Shown here: piece after piece, positions 37,662 through 46,849 of the stretch
How positions within the stretch are numbered: the stretch's first letter is position 1
Layout of the letters: each line of letters begins with the position of its first letter
NCBI GenBank assembly: GCA_964481835.1
Contig: CAYZTT010000003.1
Location: forward strand, 1 to 48,751
Direction of reading: 5' to 3'
Length of the DNA: 48,751 nt
Source: Candidatus Woesearchaeota archaeon
GTDB lineage: Archaea; Nanobdellota; Nanobdellia; SCGC-AAA011-G17; PNOQ01
Notes under the pieces: generated by a model
Told to the model about the DNA's origin: nothing
The model's database searches: none
Seen by the model: the letters and a program-made list of their open reading frames with translations, nothing else
Translations under genes and position numbers: made by a program

Positions 37662-38054
37662 TTAAGCTTTTTCTTTTAGAACTAGATAGAAGATGAGTAG
37701 AACCCCAATAACGTTGAAGGAGTCCGCGATATTGAAGATTGGCCAAACTTGAAAATCTATGAAATCTCTGACGTGTCCCAAAAATAGCCGATCAATTAGA
37801 TTTCCGATCGTTCCTGCAAATAGAAAGGATAGGGGGATTCGTAACTTTTTTTCTTTTTTTGCTAGGAAAAATATGAAAATAGCTACTAAGAAGGAAATTA
37901 TTGTTAATAAGACAATCTGATTTTGGAATAATGAGAATGCGGCACCGGTGTTTGTAGTGTAATTTATGAATAAAAAGTGTTTGTTGGTGAATACTATCTT
38001 TGTTATTTGATCCAGGATAATTATAAAAATTGAGATTAGGAAAAACTTTTTCAT
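37662..38054 (-). CDS. lspA: lipoprotein signal peptidase (signal peptidase II)
   Basis: LspA motifs in order: ILDQITK, NTGAAFSLF, GTIGNLIDRL, HVRDFIDF, IFNIADSFNVIG. Four TM segments. Confidence 0.85.
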   Translation of the reverse strand: MKKFFLISIFIIILDQITKIVFTNKHFLFINYTTNTGAAFSLFQNQIVLLTIISFLVAIFIFFLAKKEKKLRIPLSFLFAGTIGNLIDRLFLGHVRDFIDFQVWPIFNIADSFNVIGVLLIFYLVLKEKA

Positions 38055-38132
38055 TAGGTTGTTATACTATTTCTCATTAAAAGCCTTTTGTTGAATAGAA
38101 ATGTTTAAATATACTCAAACCAGATTTTTATT

Positions 38133-39662
38133 ATGGCCGAGGATACTATTAAATCCCTGAGAGAGCAGCTTAAGGATGAAGATATTTCTTTTAAGAGAAA
38201 ACAAGAAGTTAGGAAGAAATTAGTTGGTATGATTAAGAAAGAGAAGCAGGTTAAATTTCCAGTAGGCAAGCGACCTGTTGAATATAAGGTAATATATGAT
38301 ACATTTTCTGGCAATTTGGAGCCAGTATATTTTTGGACTTTGGACTTTTTGAGAAATAAGGCCCCTTCTGGTTTGGGGATGGAAGTGGATAAGACTGGGG
38401 AGGAGTTTGAGGCGACTGCAGGAGGAGGCTTTTTTGGAGAGCTAGGGAGTAGGGCCACTATTATGCAAGAAAGAGGAATGAAGATTATGGAGACTGTTAA
38501 TGCGGTCTTAAGAACGATTATTAATTTGATTTATGATTTGAAAGAGTTTGAAATGAGATTGAATGCATATGATGATGCAAATTCGGATAAGAAAGAGACT
38601 AAATTGGCAGGGGAGTATGCATTGAAGGGCATATGGATGGACCAAGTAGATGTAAAAACTGGATTGGGAAGTATCAATCAATTGGCTAGGGGAGATTTGC
38701 AGTTTGTTACTTTGAGGGATGCATTCATGCAGGCCAGAATTTATAGAACTAAGGATGGGAAATTTAACAAGGAAAAAACATTCAGGGACATTGGCACTAC
38801 TGAGAAAAGTGGGGATGGAATGGACCTTAATAAGAGAGTCAAAGCTTTGCTGAAGAAAAAAGTTGAAGAATATTTAAATTGGAGAAAAGGGAGCGAAAAG
38901 GAATTGAGGAATAGATTTGAGATCGAGAAAAATTATCTGAAGGCACAGGTAAATAGTTTAAAATTATATACTACTTGGGCCAAGCCTTATTTGCGTGCGG
39001 CTCAAAAATTGGGCATGGCCGAATTTAAAACGGATAGGGGATTGCCCTCTCCGGATATGGTTACCACTTTCAATAGTATGCAAATGGATCTAAAATTATT
39101 GGCTAAATCTGAGTTTAATCCTGGGGATGTACATCCTACGTATGCGGGCGTTGAATTTAGTCAGAAATATAATGTGTGTCTTGAAGTTGAATTTTTATAT
39201 AGGACTGCTCCGCAGGTAGTTAGGGGGCAAGGGCAGAGCCAGCATTATACTCATATGGGGACTGTGGATGTAAAGTTTAAGGCATATGTTCTTGACCAGG
39301 CAGATTTAGGTGATATTTATGCAATGGAAGTTTATGAGGATATGGCACTTGTTGAAGAGTTGACGGAAATGAGCTTGGGACAATTGCAGGAAGATTTAGA
39401 GCATTATATTTATCCTAAAGAGGAAGAAAAAAAGAAAGAAGAAAAGGGGGATGATATTTTTACACAGTTCTTTAAGGGTATTGGGAACATGAATAAATCT
39501 CTAGATAAATTTGGAAAGAAGTTGAAGCTGCCTGGCGGATCAAAAAAAGCAAGTAAATACCAGGAAGATAAAGTTAAGAAAGAGGCCCAATCTAGCGCGC
39601 TGGGCATGTGCAATACGTTTTATACTGTTTTCAAGAAATCGCATAGGATGGTAACATGGTAG
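38133..39662 (+). CDS. hypothetical protein (509 aa, helical/coiled-coil-rich), first gene of a three-gene operon
   Basis: Long clean ORF with a TATA-like GTTTAAATATAC about 25 nt upstream. No motif recognised. Its stop overlaps the next start (ATGGTAG). Confidence 0.6.
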   Translation: MAEDTIKSLREQLKDEDISFKRKQEVRKKLVGMIKKEKQVKFPVGKRPVEYKVIYDTFSGNLEPVYFWTLDFLRNKAPSGLGMEVDKTGEEFEATAGGGFFGELGSRATIMQERGMKIMETVNAVLRTIINLIYDLKEFEMRLNAYDDANSDKKETKLAGEYALKGIWMDQVDVKTGLGSINQLARGDLQFVTLRDAFMQARIYRTKDGKFNKEKTFRDIGTTEKSGDGMDLNKRVKALLKKKVEEYLNWRKGSEKELRNRFEIEKNYLKAQVNSLKLYTTWAKPYLRAAQKLGMAEFKTDRGLPSPDMVTTFNSMQMDLKLLAKSEFNPGDVHPTYAGVEFSQKYNVCLEVEFLYRTAPQVVRGQGQSQHYTHMGTVDVKFKAYVLDQADLGDIYAMEVYEDMALVEELTEMSLGQLQEDLEHYIYPKEEEKKKEEKGDDIFTQFFKGIGNMNKSLDKFGKKLKLPGGSKKASKYQEDKVKKEAQSSALGMCNTFYTVFKKSHRMVTW

Positions 39663-41545
39663 AAAGATTTCGTAAGGAGTATAAGAATGGAATGGATAGT
39701 TCTTTTAATTTAAGATTTGGGGATTTGAGTTGGACAACAAACCCTCAGAGTGCTAATCAACTTGCAGAGCTTGGGAAAAGGATGAATGAGGGTGTCCAGA
39801 ATGTGGAGGTTGGCGCATTAAACCAGCAAGTCTTTGATTCCATTCCTCAACAACATTTTGATGAAATGAGAAGATTGGCCAAATTGGGAGATGTTGATAT
39901 TTCTATGCATGCGCCTTTAACAGATCCAGCAGGATTTTCCCAACAAGGATGGCAAGAGCATCAAAGGAATCTTGCTGAACAAGAGTTTAAAGAGGTTATT
40001 GATAGGGCAGTTGATCTGGATCCGAAAGGAGGGATGCCGGTTAATTTTCATTCATCCGGGGGAGGAATTCCTGCAGTAATCTGGGAAAAGAAAGAGAAAG
40101 GAATCCCGGAAGCGAAACAGATGATAACGGCAGTAAACACTCAAACGGGAGAGATTAAAGCTCTTGCAAGGGAAAAAATTGATTGGTTGAATACTGACGA
40201 TAAAGAGTTGACTCCGGAAAGGAGACTTAAAAGCCTTAACCAAACATCCTGGGACCAAGAAATATTGAATTTTATGAGTTTAAAAAAACAAAAAGAAGAG
40301 GTTGAAAGATTAAAGCAAGAGTGGAGGATTAAACGCCCGGAGGGGAGGGAATATTATAAATTAGAGAAGGATCGTCAGCAGGGGAGGCTGGGAGGAGATG
40401 ATCTCCTGAAATGGGAAGCACTGAGAATGCAAGATGAATCCTATGATAAACATAAGGCAGAGATTGACCAAAACATGATGTCCCAACTAAATTCTTTGTA
40501 TAATGATTATGTAAGTTGCTGGCCAGAAGATAAGAAAAATGACCGAGATCATAAGATGAGACTAAAGCAGTTTGAGGAGATAAAAAAGAGGTTTAAAAAT
40601 GCAGCAGATCTTCAAGAGGATTTTAATAGTTCTTGGAATAAATGGATGAATAAAAATGGAAAGAGAGACCCAGTCATGGTTAGAGAAGAACGAGAAAAGA
40701 GAGTTAATGAATTGAATGACAAATTAATAAAAAAAGGGCTGAATATTTCTCCAGAACAAGTCGGGAATGTTTTAATGGATCTGAAGGCTCCTGAAAGGTA
40801 TAGGCCGGTAGATGATGTTGCTAGGGAAAAAGCGGCAGAGACTTTTTCTAATGTGGCGTTTCATGCTTATAAAAAACATGGGAAAAAAGCACCCTTGGTT
40901 GCAATTGAGAATGTTTATCCTGAGTGGACATTGTCTAGGGCAGATTCTTTGAAAGGGTTGGTTGAATCTGCAAAAAAGAAACTTTCTGAAAAGCTTAGAT
41001 CTGATAAGAAACTTAAGTTGAGTGAGAAAGAGGCAAATGCTATTGCTGAACAGAATCTTGGGGTTACGTGGGATGTAGGCCATATCAATCAATTGAGAAA
41101 ATATGGGTATAGTAAGGAAGATATTATTAAAGAGTCAAAGAAAATTGCAAAACATGTAAAGCACCTACATCTAACCGACAATTTTGGGTATTCAGATAGC
41201 CACCTGTCTCCAGGCATGGGAAATGTACCTATAAAGGAACAGATTGAGGAAATTGCAAAAGCAGGATTTAAGGGGAAGGCAGTTATTGAAGGCGGAGGGA
41301 TGTTTCAACAATTTCAAGCTAATCCCATACCGTATGCAGTGGAAGGATTGGATAGTCCGTTTTATTCTTATGATCAAGGCCCAAGTTGGACAGATGTTAG
41401 GGACCTATATTCTTCCTATATGTTCGGGTTTGGGGATATCTTGCCGGATCAACACTTTAAATCACAAGGCGCAGGATTTTCGATGTTGCCTAAAGAGTTG
41501 GGGGGACAAGGTGCCGGGGATAAAGGGAGATTTGCAAATCAATAG
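39656..41545 (+). CDS. xylose-isomerase-like/EndoIV-like TIM-barrel protein interrupted by a charged coiled-coil insertion of about 270 aa
   Basis: TIM-barrel metal-site motifs in canonical order: ISMHAP, VNFHSS, (insertion), LVAIENV, TWDVGHIN, HLHLTDN, SHLSPGMGNVP, AVIEGG. Confidence 0.65.
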   Translation: MVERFRKEYKNGMDSSFNLRFGDLSWTTNPQSANQLAELGKRMNEGVQNVEVGALNQQVFDSIPQQHFDEMRRLAKLGDVDISMHAPLTDPAGFSQQGWQEHQRNLAEQEFKEVIDRAVDLDPKGGMPVNFHSSGGGIPAVIWEKKEKGIPEAKQMITAVNTQTGEIKALAREKIDWLNTDDKELTPERRLKSLNQTSWDQEILNFMSLKKQKEEVERLKQEWRIKRPEGREYYKLEKDRQQGRLGGDDLLKWEALRMQDESYDKHKAEIDQNMMSQLNSLYNDYVSCWPEDKKNDRDHKMRLKQFEEIKKRFKNAADLQEDFNSSWNKWMNKNGKRDPVMVREEREKRVNELNDKLIKKGLNISPEQVGNVLMDLKAPERYRPVDDVAREKAAETFSNVAFHAYKKHGKKAPLVAIENVYPEWTLSRADSLKGLVESAKKKLSEKLRSDKKLKLSEKEANAIAEQNLGVTWDVGHINQLRKYGYSKEDIIKESKKIAKHVKHLHLTDNFGYSDSHLSPGMGNVPIKEQIEEIAKAGFKGKAVIEGGGMFQQFQANPIPYAVEGLDSPFYSYDQGPSWTDVRDLYSSYMFGFGDILPDQHFKSQGAGFSMLPKELGGQGAGDKGRFANQ

Positions 41546-41577
41546 ATTTTTAAATAATTAAAATTAGGAGTAAATAA

Positions 41578-42555
41578 ATGGCTGGAAAAAATGATTTAGG
41601 GGATATAAAAATTCCCGAATATAAGGAAAAAAAAGTTAAGCCAAAAAAGAGGGCAAAACTTAAAATCAAAAGGAAACCTTCTCCGAAACCTAGGCCAAAA
41701 TCTGTAGTAGAGAAAAAGGAAGTTAAAAAGAAGGAACCAATGTTTAAGCAGGTCTCTGTTACAGATAGGGAATTTGCATATGATTTTTCTAAGAAAGCAT
41801 ATAAGAAATTTAAGAATGTGATTAAATCTGTCGTTCTATTTGGGAGTGTTACTAAAGGAAAAACCAAGAAAGGGAGCGACATTGATATAGTTGTTATAAT
41901 TGATGATTGTGTTATTGATTGGGATCAAGATTTGATTGCTTGGTATAGGCATGAAATGTCTCAATTATTATCTAAGCAGAAATATTCTGATAAAATCCAT
42001 TTAACCACTGTTACTTTGAGTACATTCATGGAAGAAGTTAGGGTTGGTGAGCCAGCAGTAATCAACATGATTCGATTTGGAGAGACTTTGATTGATCATG
42101 GAGGATTTTATAATCCTTTGAAGGTTTTGTTGGCTAAAGGAAAGATAAGGCCAACGCCGGAATCTATCTTTGTTACTTTGAGAAGGGCCCCAATGCATTT
42201 GGCTAAAGCTAAGATTGATATTGTGGCGAGTATAGAGAATGTCTATTGGAGCATGGTGGATAGTGCACATGCCGCCTTGATGGCTGCCGGAGAGGTTCCT
42301 CCAAGTCCGGAGAGTGTGGCAGATATGTTAAATTTAATTTTTGTAAGTAAAAGGCAATTGGATAAAAAGTATATTATATGGTTTAATGAAATCTATGATT
42401 TAACACATGACATATTGCATGGCAATGTCAAGTATTTAGAGGGGAAGGAAATTGATAAATATCTTGATAGGGCAGTGGAATTTGAAAAGATTATGAGAGA
42501 AATGACTAGTAAGCTAATTATGGATGAAAAAATAATAAAAACAGAAAAAAAGTAA
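41578..42555 (+). CDS. nucleotidyltransferase (MNT-type) fused to a helical HEPN-like domain, with a Lys-rich N-terminal tail
   Basis: VVLFGSVTKGKTKKGSDIDIVVIIDD (G-S...D-x-D). The helical C-terminal half contains RRAPMH (R-x4-H). GGAG SD upstream. Paralog of 46850..48658. Confidence 0.7.
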   Translation: MAGKNDLGDIKIPEYKEKKVKPKKRAKLKIKRKPSPKPRPKSVVEKKEVKKKEPMFKQVSVTDREFAYDFSKKAYKKFKNVIKSVVLFGSVTKGKTKKGSDIDIVVIIDDCVIDWDQDLIAWYRHEMSQLLSKQKYSDKIHLTTVTLSTFMEEVRVGEPAVINMIRFGETLIDHGGFYNPLKVLLAKGKIRPTPESIFVTLRRAPMHLAKAKIDIVASIENVYWSMVDSAHAALMAAGEVPPSPESVADMLNLIFVSKRQLDKKYIIWFNEIYDLTHDILHGNVKYLEGKEIDKYLDRAVEFEKIMREMTSKLIMDEKIIKTEKK

Positions 42556-42560
42556 AAAAA

Positions 42561-43292
42561 TTAAGAGTTTTCTCCTAGGAACATGTTTGCAACCATTACT
42601 GCTCTTGCTTCTGGTTCATCTGAAGCCATTATTCTTTGTGTTACTGCAGCAGCTGAATAAGCGAGAACTTTTGTATTGTCTATTTCTCCTCTTTCGTTTG
42701 CGAATGATGCTCTAAGATTTGTTTCTCTATCTGCGATTTCAACGCCTGTAAGCCAGTCTAAATATTCTGTGCTTCCTTCTCCGGATGTTGCAAGTGCAAA
42801 GGTGTCTTCCCAATCAGGAGCCACATTATCTTTTAGTGCTTGTGCAAGCATCCCATATTTATTTGGGCTTGTTGAATTTACCAGTGCAGCCAATTGTGCA
42901 AAACCTGTATGTGCACTAACTATTACTGGGTCTTCATAATCTGAAACGGGCCCTGCTGCAAGCATTTGCCGGTATGCATCTTCTGGATCTGTTAGTTTCG
43001 CTTCAACAACAGACTCAACTACAGGCCTAGTTGTTCCTCTAACTAAATCTTCTACCGCTTTTGGAAATTGATTTGATACTGCAGAAGCTCTTAATGTGGG
43101 ATCTTGTCCTCTGGCATTTTCTGAAAAGAATCTCTCTGGGAATAATCTTCGCCCCCTAACATCGGTTATGCTTTCGGCATCTAACAGTGTTCCTAAATCT
43201 GATCCGCTTAGAACTTCGCTATCTCCTGATGCGGCTGTCCTATATAGTCCGAATCTATTTGCTAATGCTTGGTATTGATCTGGTATTGGCAT
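42561..43292 (-). CDS. hypothetical protein (243 aa, Ala/Asp/Glu-rich, soluble)
   Basis: Clean ORF with a strong SD (AAGGAGGA) and a TATA-like box upstream. No motif recognised. Composition is atypical for this genome by eye. Confidence 0.5.
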   Translation of the reverse strand: MPIPDQYQALANRFGLYRTAASGDSEVLSGSDLGTLLDAESITDVRGRRLFPERFFSENARGQDPTLRASAVSNQFPKAVEDLVRGTTRPVVESVVEAKLTDPEDAYRQMLAAGPVSDYEDPVIVSAHTGFAQLAALVNSTSPNKYGMLAQALKDNVAPDWEDTFALATSGEGSTEYLDWLTGVEIADRETNLRASFANERGEIDNTKVLAYSAAAVTQRIMASDEPEARAVMVANMFLGENS

Positions 43293-43347
43293 TTTGAATA
43301 TTATCCTCCTTTGTTACTACTATTCTGTAATTACTACTATTTAAAGG

Positions 43348-45666
43348 TTATTGTTGGGGGGTAGAAGGCCCAGAAGTGCTAGATTTCTCGGTTTCAGAGA
43401 CAACTTTCCTTATTTTTGTGATGGCGTCGATGTTCACGGAAACCGAACTAATCCCACATTCTGTCAGGTATTTTGCCATATCTTCATTGGATGCGGCTTG
43501 CCCGCAGATGCTTGAGATTTTCTTGTGCATCCCCGCTACCTTTACTACTTTTTTTAATAATCTTAAAACTGAAGGGTGCATTTCATTGTATAGTGTCTGT
43601 ACTTCTGCGTTATTTCTATCTACTCCGAGTGTGAATTGAGTTAGATCGTTTGACCCTACACTAATAAATTTGATTTTTTCATCTTTACATATCTCGTGGA
43701 TTATGAAACAAGCGGCAGGCGTCTCTATCATCACTCCAAGGTCGACGTTTTCCATCTCTAATTCCTTCATGATTTCTTTTGTTTTCTCTATCTGTTCTAA
43801 GTGGGATATCATTGGAAGCATAACTGCAATCTTATCATAACCCCTCTCTTTGAGGATCTTTATTGCCTTTAGCTCTGCTTTGAATAATCTTGGATTTTGT
43901 AGTGATTTTCTTATTCCATGCATCCCCATCATTGGATTTGATTCATCTGGCTCGTTTTCGCCACCTTCTAGATTTCGGTATTCATCTGTCCTTATGTCGG
44001 AAGTTCTTATCCAAACTGGCTTATCTTTGAAATATTTTACTACGTCTTCAATTTCTTTGATTAGCATCTGAGTATATTCTTCATCTTTGTTTTCTCGGAT
44101 GTATTTCATTGGATGAACATTATTTTTTGCGATTATGAATTCTAGCCTCATCAATCCAATTCCATCTGGCTTGAATAATGATGCTTTTTCTGCAAAATCA
44201 GACATGTCAAGATTTACTTTTATTTTGGTTTTTGTTTCTGGTATTTCTGTTGGTATTTCTATTTCCTTTTTTGGCTCTACTTTTGTTAGTCCTGAATAGA
44301 TTTTTCCTGTTGAACCATCAATAGTTATTTCTTGTCCGTCTTTTAGGAGTGTTGTTGCGGTTTTTGAACCAACTATTGCTGGAATGCCCATTTCTCTACT
44401 TACTATTGCCGCATGAGAAGTCATTCCGCCTTCATCTGTTAGGATTGCAGTTGCTTTTTTCATGGCGGGGACATAATCCGGATTTGTCATTGTAGCCACC
44501 AATACATCCCCTTCTTCGATTTTTGGGAGATCTTCTTTGGATCTTACTAGCTTGACTTTCCCAGAGCCGATTCCTGGAGACGCAGGAATTCCCTTTAGAA
44601 TCTCGTTTTCTTCTTTTAATCCTGATTCCTCTGCGGATCCCGTTTGTTCTGAAATCTTTTTTACAGTAGTGATTGGTCTTGTTTGCACTATGAATACATT
44701 AGAATCATCAATTGCGAATTCAATATCTTGTGGTTTTTTATAGTGATTTTCAATATGCATTGCAACTTTAGCTAATTTCTTTATTTCTGCTTCGGTTAGC
44801 ACCTGAGAGTTTGCTTTTTCATCATTAAGAATTCTTTTTGCGGTTCTTCCGGTATTTGGATCCCTATATAGGTACCACTCTTTTTTGTTTATTTTGACAT
44901 CTTTTATTTTTAGATCTTCCTTATCTACTCTGTATTGGTCTGGAGAAATTGAGCCAGAGACTACTGCGTCTCCAAGACCGTATGATGCTTCTATCACTAT
45001 CTCATCTTTATTCGTTCCTGGATCTATTGTGAACATTACCCCCGCTTTTGTGGAGTTTACCATTTTTTGGACAACCACCGCAATCAAAACTTTAGAATGC
45101 TCAAAATTATTCTTTACCCTATAATAGATTGCCCTCCCTGTGTAGAGGGATGCCCAACATTGATGAATGGCTTGTAATACTTGTTCAGTGCCCTTTACAT
45201 TTAGAAATGTTTCTTGTTGTCCTGCGAAGGATGCCTCGGGCAGATCTTCTGCTGTTGCGGAGGATCTTACTGCAACAAATGGAGTACCCCTTCCAGCTTT
45301 TATGAAATTTAATGCTGCGGGAGCTTTATCGATTATGTCATTATTTATATCTAAAGCAGAATATGCATCGAGAATTTCTTTTTTTAACTCGTTTGGGATT
45401 GCCATAGATAATATTAGGTCTTGTATTTTCTCTGATGCACTTTCTAATGCATTTGCATTCTCTACATCAAGATTGGCTAGAGTTTCGTTTATCTTTCCTT
45501 GAATTCCTGTTTGATCTAGAAATAATTTATACGCTTCAGAAGAAACTACAAAGGCATTTGGGATAGGAAAATCAGAATTGTACATCTCCCCTAAATTGGC
45601 ACCTTTCCCACCAACTAAAGGAATAGAATCTTTAGAAAGGTCTTTCAACCATGCTATATTTGCCAT
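43348..45666 (-). CDS. ppsA: phosphoenolpyruvate synthase (pyruvate, water dikinase)
   Basis: N-terminal IPLVGGKGANLGEM, phosphohistidine swivel GGMTSHAAIVSREMGIPAIVG, and a C-terminal PEP-utilising TIM barrel (GSNDLTQFTLGVDR). Confidence 0.9.
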   Translation of the reverse strand: MANIAWLKDLSKDSIPLVGGKGANLGEMYNSDFPIPNAFVVSSEAYKLFLDQTGIQGKINETLANLDVENANALESASEKIQDLILSMAIPNELKKEILDAYSALDINNDIIDKAPAALNFIKAGRGTPFVAVRSSATAEDLPEASFAGQQETFLNVKGTEQVLQAIHQCWASLYTGRAIYYRVKNNFEHSKVLIAVVVQKMVNSTKAGVMFTIDPGTNKDEIVIEASYGLGDAVVSGSISPDQYRVDKEDLKIKDVKINKKEWYLYRDPNTGRTAKRILNDEKANSQVLTEAEIKKLAKVAMHIENHYKKPQDIEFAIDDSNVFIVQTRPITTVKKISEQTGSAEESGLKEENEILKGIPASPGIGSGKVKLVRSKEDLPKIEEGDVLVATMTNPDYVPAMKKATAILTDEGGMTSHAAIVSREMGIPAIVGSKTATTLLKDGQEITIDGSTGKIYSGLTKVEPKKEIEIPTEIPETKTKIKVNLDMSDFAEKASLFKPDGIGLMRLEFIIAKNNVHPMKYIRENKDEEYTQMLIKEIEDVVKYFKDKPVWIRTSDIRTDEYRNLEGGENEPDESNPMMGMHGIRKSLQNPRLFKAELKAIKILKERGYDKIAVMLPMISHLEQIEKTKEIMKELEMENVDLGVMIETPAACFIIHEICKDEKIKFISVGSNDLTQFTLGVDRNNAEVQTLYNEMHPSVLRLLKKVVKVAGMHKKISSICGQAASNEDMAKYLTECGISSVSVNIDAITKIRKVVSETEKSSTSGPSTPQQ

Positions 45667-45714
45667 TTTACCTCTTTTGGTTTTGAGTATTGAAATGTTT
45701 ATATAAAGTTTTTG

Positions 45715-45978
45715 TTAATATTTCATCTTTGTTTTCAGAAGCATTTTTCCTAGAATTATTAGGATTAGAACCCCAAAGATTGTTAAACCCACTCCCCAGT
45801 TCAGGTTTCCCATTGATTTTTGATAATAGTCTCTTCCATCTTCTTTTTGATCCTCTACATTTTCCGGAGAAAAAGAGACCCTCTCGTTTATTGCAGGATA
45901 GCTTGTGTTGAAAGAAACTATCGTAATTAGCATTAAAAGAAATAGACTAGCAATGAATAATGTATGGGATTTGTTCAA
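45715..45978 (-). CDS. small membrane protein (N- and C-terminal TM helices)
   Basis: 87-aa ORF with hydrophobic segments LFIASLFLLMLITIVSF and GVGLTIFGVLILIILG. No motif recognised. Confidence 0.4.
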   Translation of the reverse strand: MNKSHTLFIASLFLLMLITIVSFNTSYPAINERVSFSPENVEDQKEDGRDYYQKSMGNLNWGVGLTIFGVLILIILGKMLLKTKMKY

Positions 45979-46036
45979 AGTTTTACACCTAAAATTATAC
46001 TTGGGATTATCTTTTTTAAAGATTGTGGTTTAAGAA

Positions 46037-46552
46037 TTAGACTACTTCAACTGTAACTTTGCCAGGTATTCTTGGTTTAGTTTTAGCTAATGCTTTTTTT
46101 GCGAAATCTGCATCAACTTCATTTACATGGACTGTAAGTATTGTTGTTCCAGGTTTTAATTGGGCAGCAGTCCCCATTGCTTTTCCGAAGGAGTGCTTCA
46201 TACCAGATTGCATTCTATCTGCCCCTGCACCCGTAAGCATCTTATTTTCTCTTAGAACATGGTGAGGAAATTGGTTTATTGTGAATTTGTACCCTTTATT
46301 TCCTAGTCTTTTCTGAAGTTGCCTGTTTACTAGAGTCCTACACGATTCCAATGCATTGTGTCTTATCTGGAATTTTTCTTTAGAAACTAATTTTATCTTT
46401 CTAGGAAATTCTTTTTTTAAATCTCCCATATTAAATTTGATTATTTTTGAAGCAGGAACTACCTTTATGAAGCCCTTTTTCTTATATTTTGATTTTCTTG
46501 TATAGGCTCTTGTTGTTTTCTTATATGCTGAGCCTTTTCTTAGTGATGCCAT
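46037..46552 (-). CDS. rpl10e: 50S ribosomal protein L10e (uL16)
   Basis: RKGSAYKKTTRAYTRKSKY...FNMGD...RHNALESCR...GADRMQSGMKHSFGK pattern of archaeal L10e. Confidence 0.9.
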   Translation of the reverse strand: MASLRKGSAYKKTTRAYTRKSKYKKKGFIKVVPASKIIKFNMGDLKKEFPRKIKLVSKEKFQIRHNALESCRTLVNRQLQKRLGNKGYKFTINQFPHHVLRENKMLTGAGADRMQSGMKHSFGKAMGTAAQLKPGTTILTVHVNEVDADFAKKALAKTKPRIPGKVTVEVV

Positions 46553-46554
46553 TT

Positions 46555-46812
46555 TTATTGAACATTAACTTTTGTGCCAATTGCTTGACCTGGAAGTCCT
46601 CTTTCGAATTTAACTCTTACTGCACCTTTATTTCCATGTTCCTTCATTATGGTGCCCTTTATTTCTTTTTTTGTAGGCGTCAACCAAACTACAGTTTTCT
46701 TTAGAAGATCTTTGGCTTTCTCTTTAGTTTCGATGCCATTTACCTTTATGATCATCTGATTAGAGTACTGGGTTTTGTGTGATCCCCTGTAGTTAACTAT
46801 GGTTCCTTCCAT
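46555..46812 (-). CDS. rpl35ae: 50S ribosomal protein L35Ae (eL33)
   Basis: GTIVNYRGSHKTQYSNQMIIKV...HGNKGAVRVKFERGLPGQAIGTKV. Confidence 0.85.
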   Translation of the reverse strand: MEGTIVNYRGSHKTQYSNQMIIKVNGIETKEKAKDLLKKTVVWLTPTKKEIKGTIMKEHGNKGAVRVKFERGLPGQAIGTKVNVQ

Positions 46813-46849
46813 TTTAATTTTTGAGACGATGAGCGGTTTATAAGGTTTT

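Noticed and set aside
38105-38458. 117-aa minus-strand ORF overlapping the start of the 509-aa gene
   Set aside because: It is antisense to a long, well-supported ORF and its promoter, and its translation is Ser/Pro/Leu-rich with no motif.
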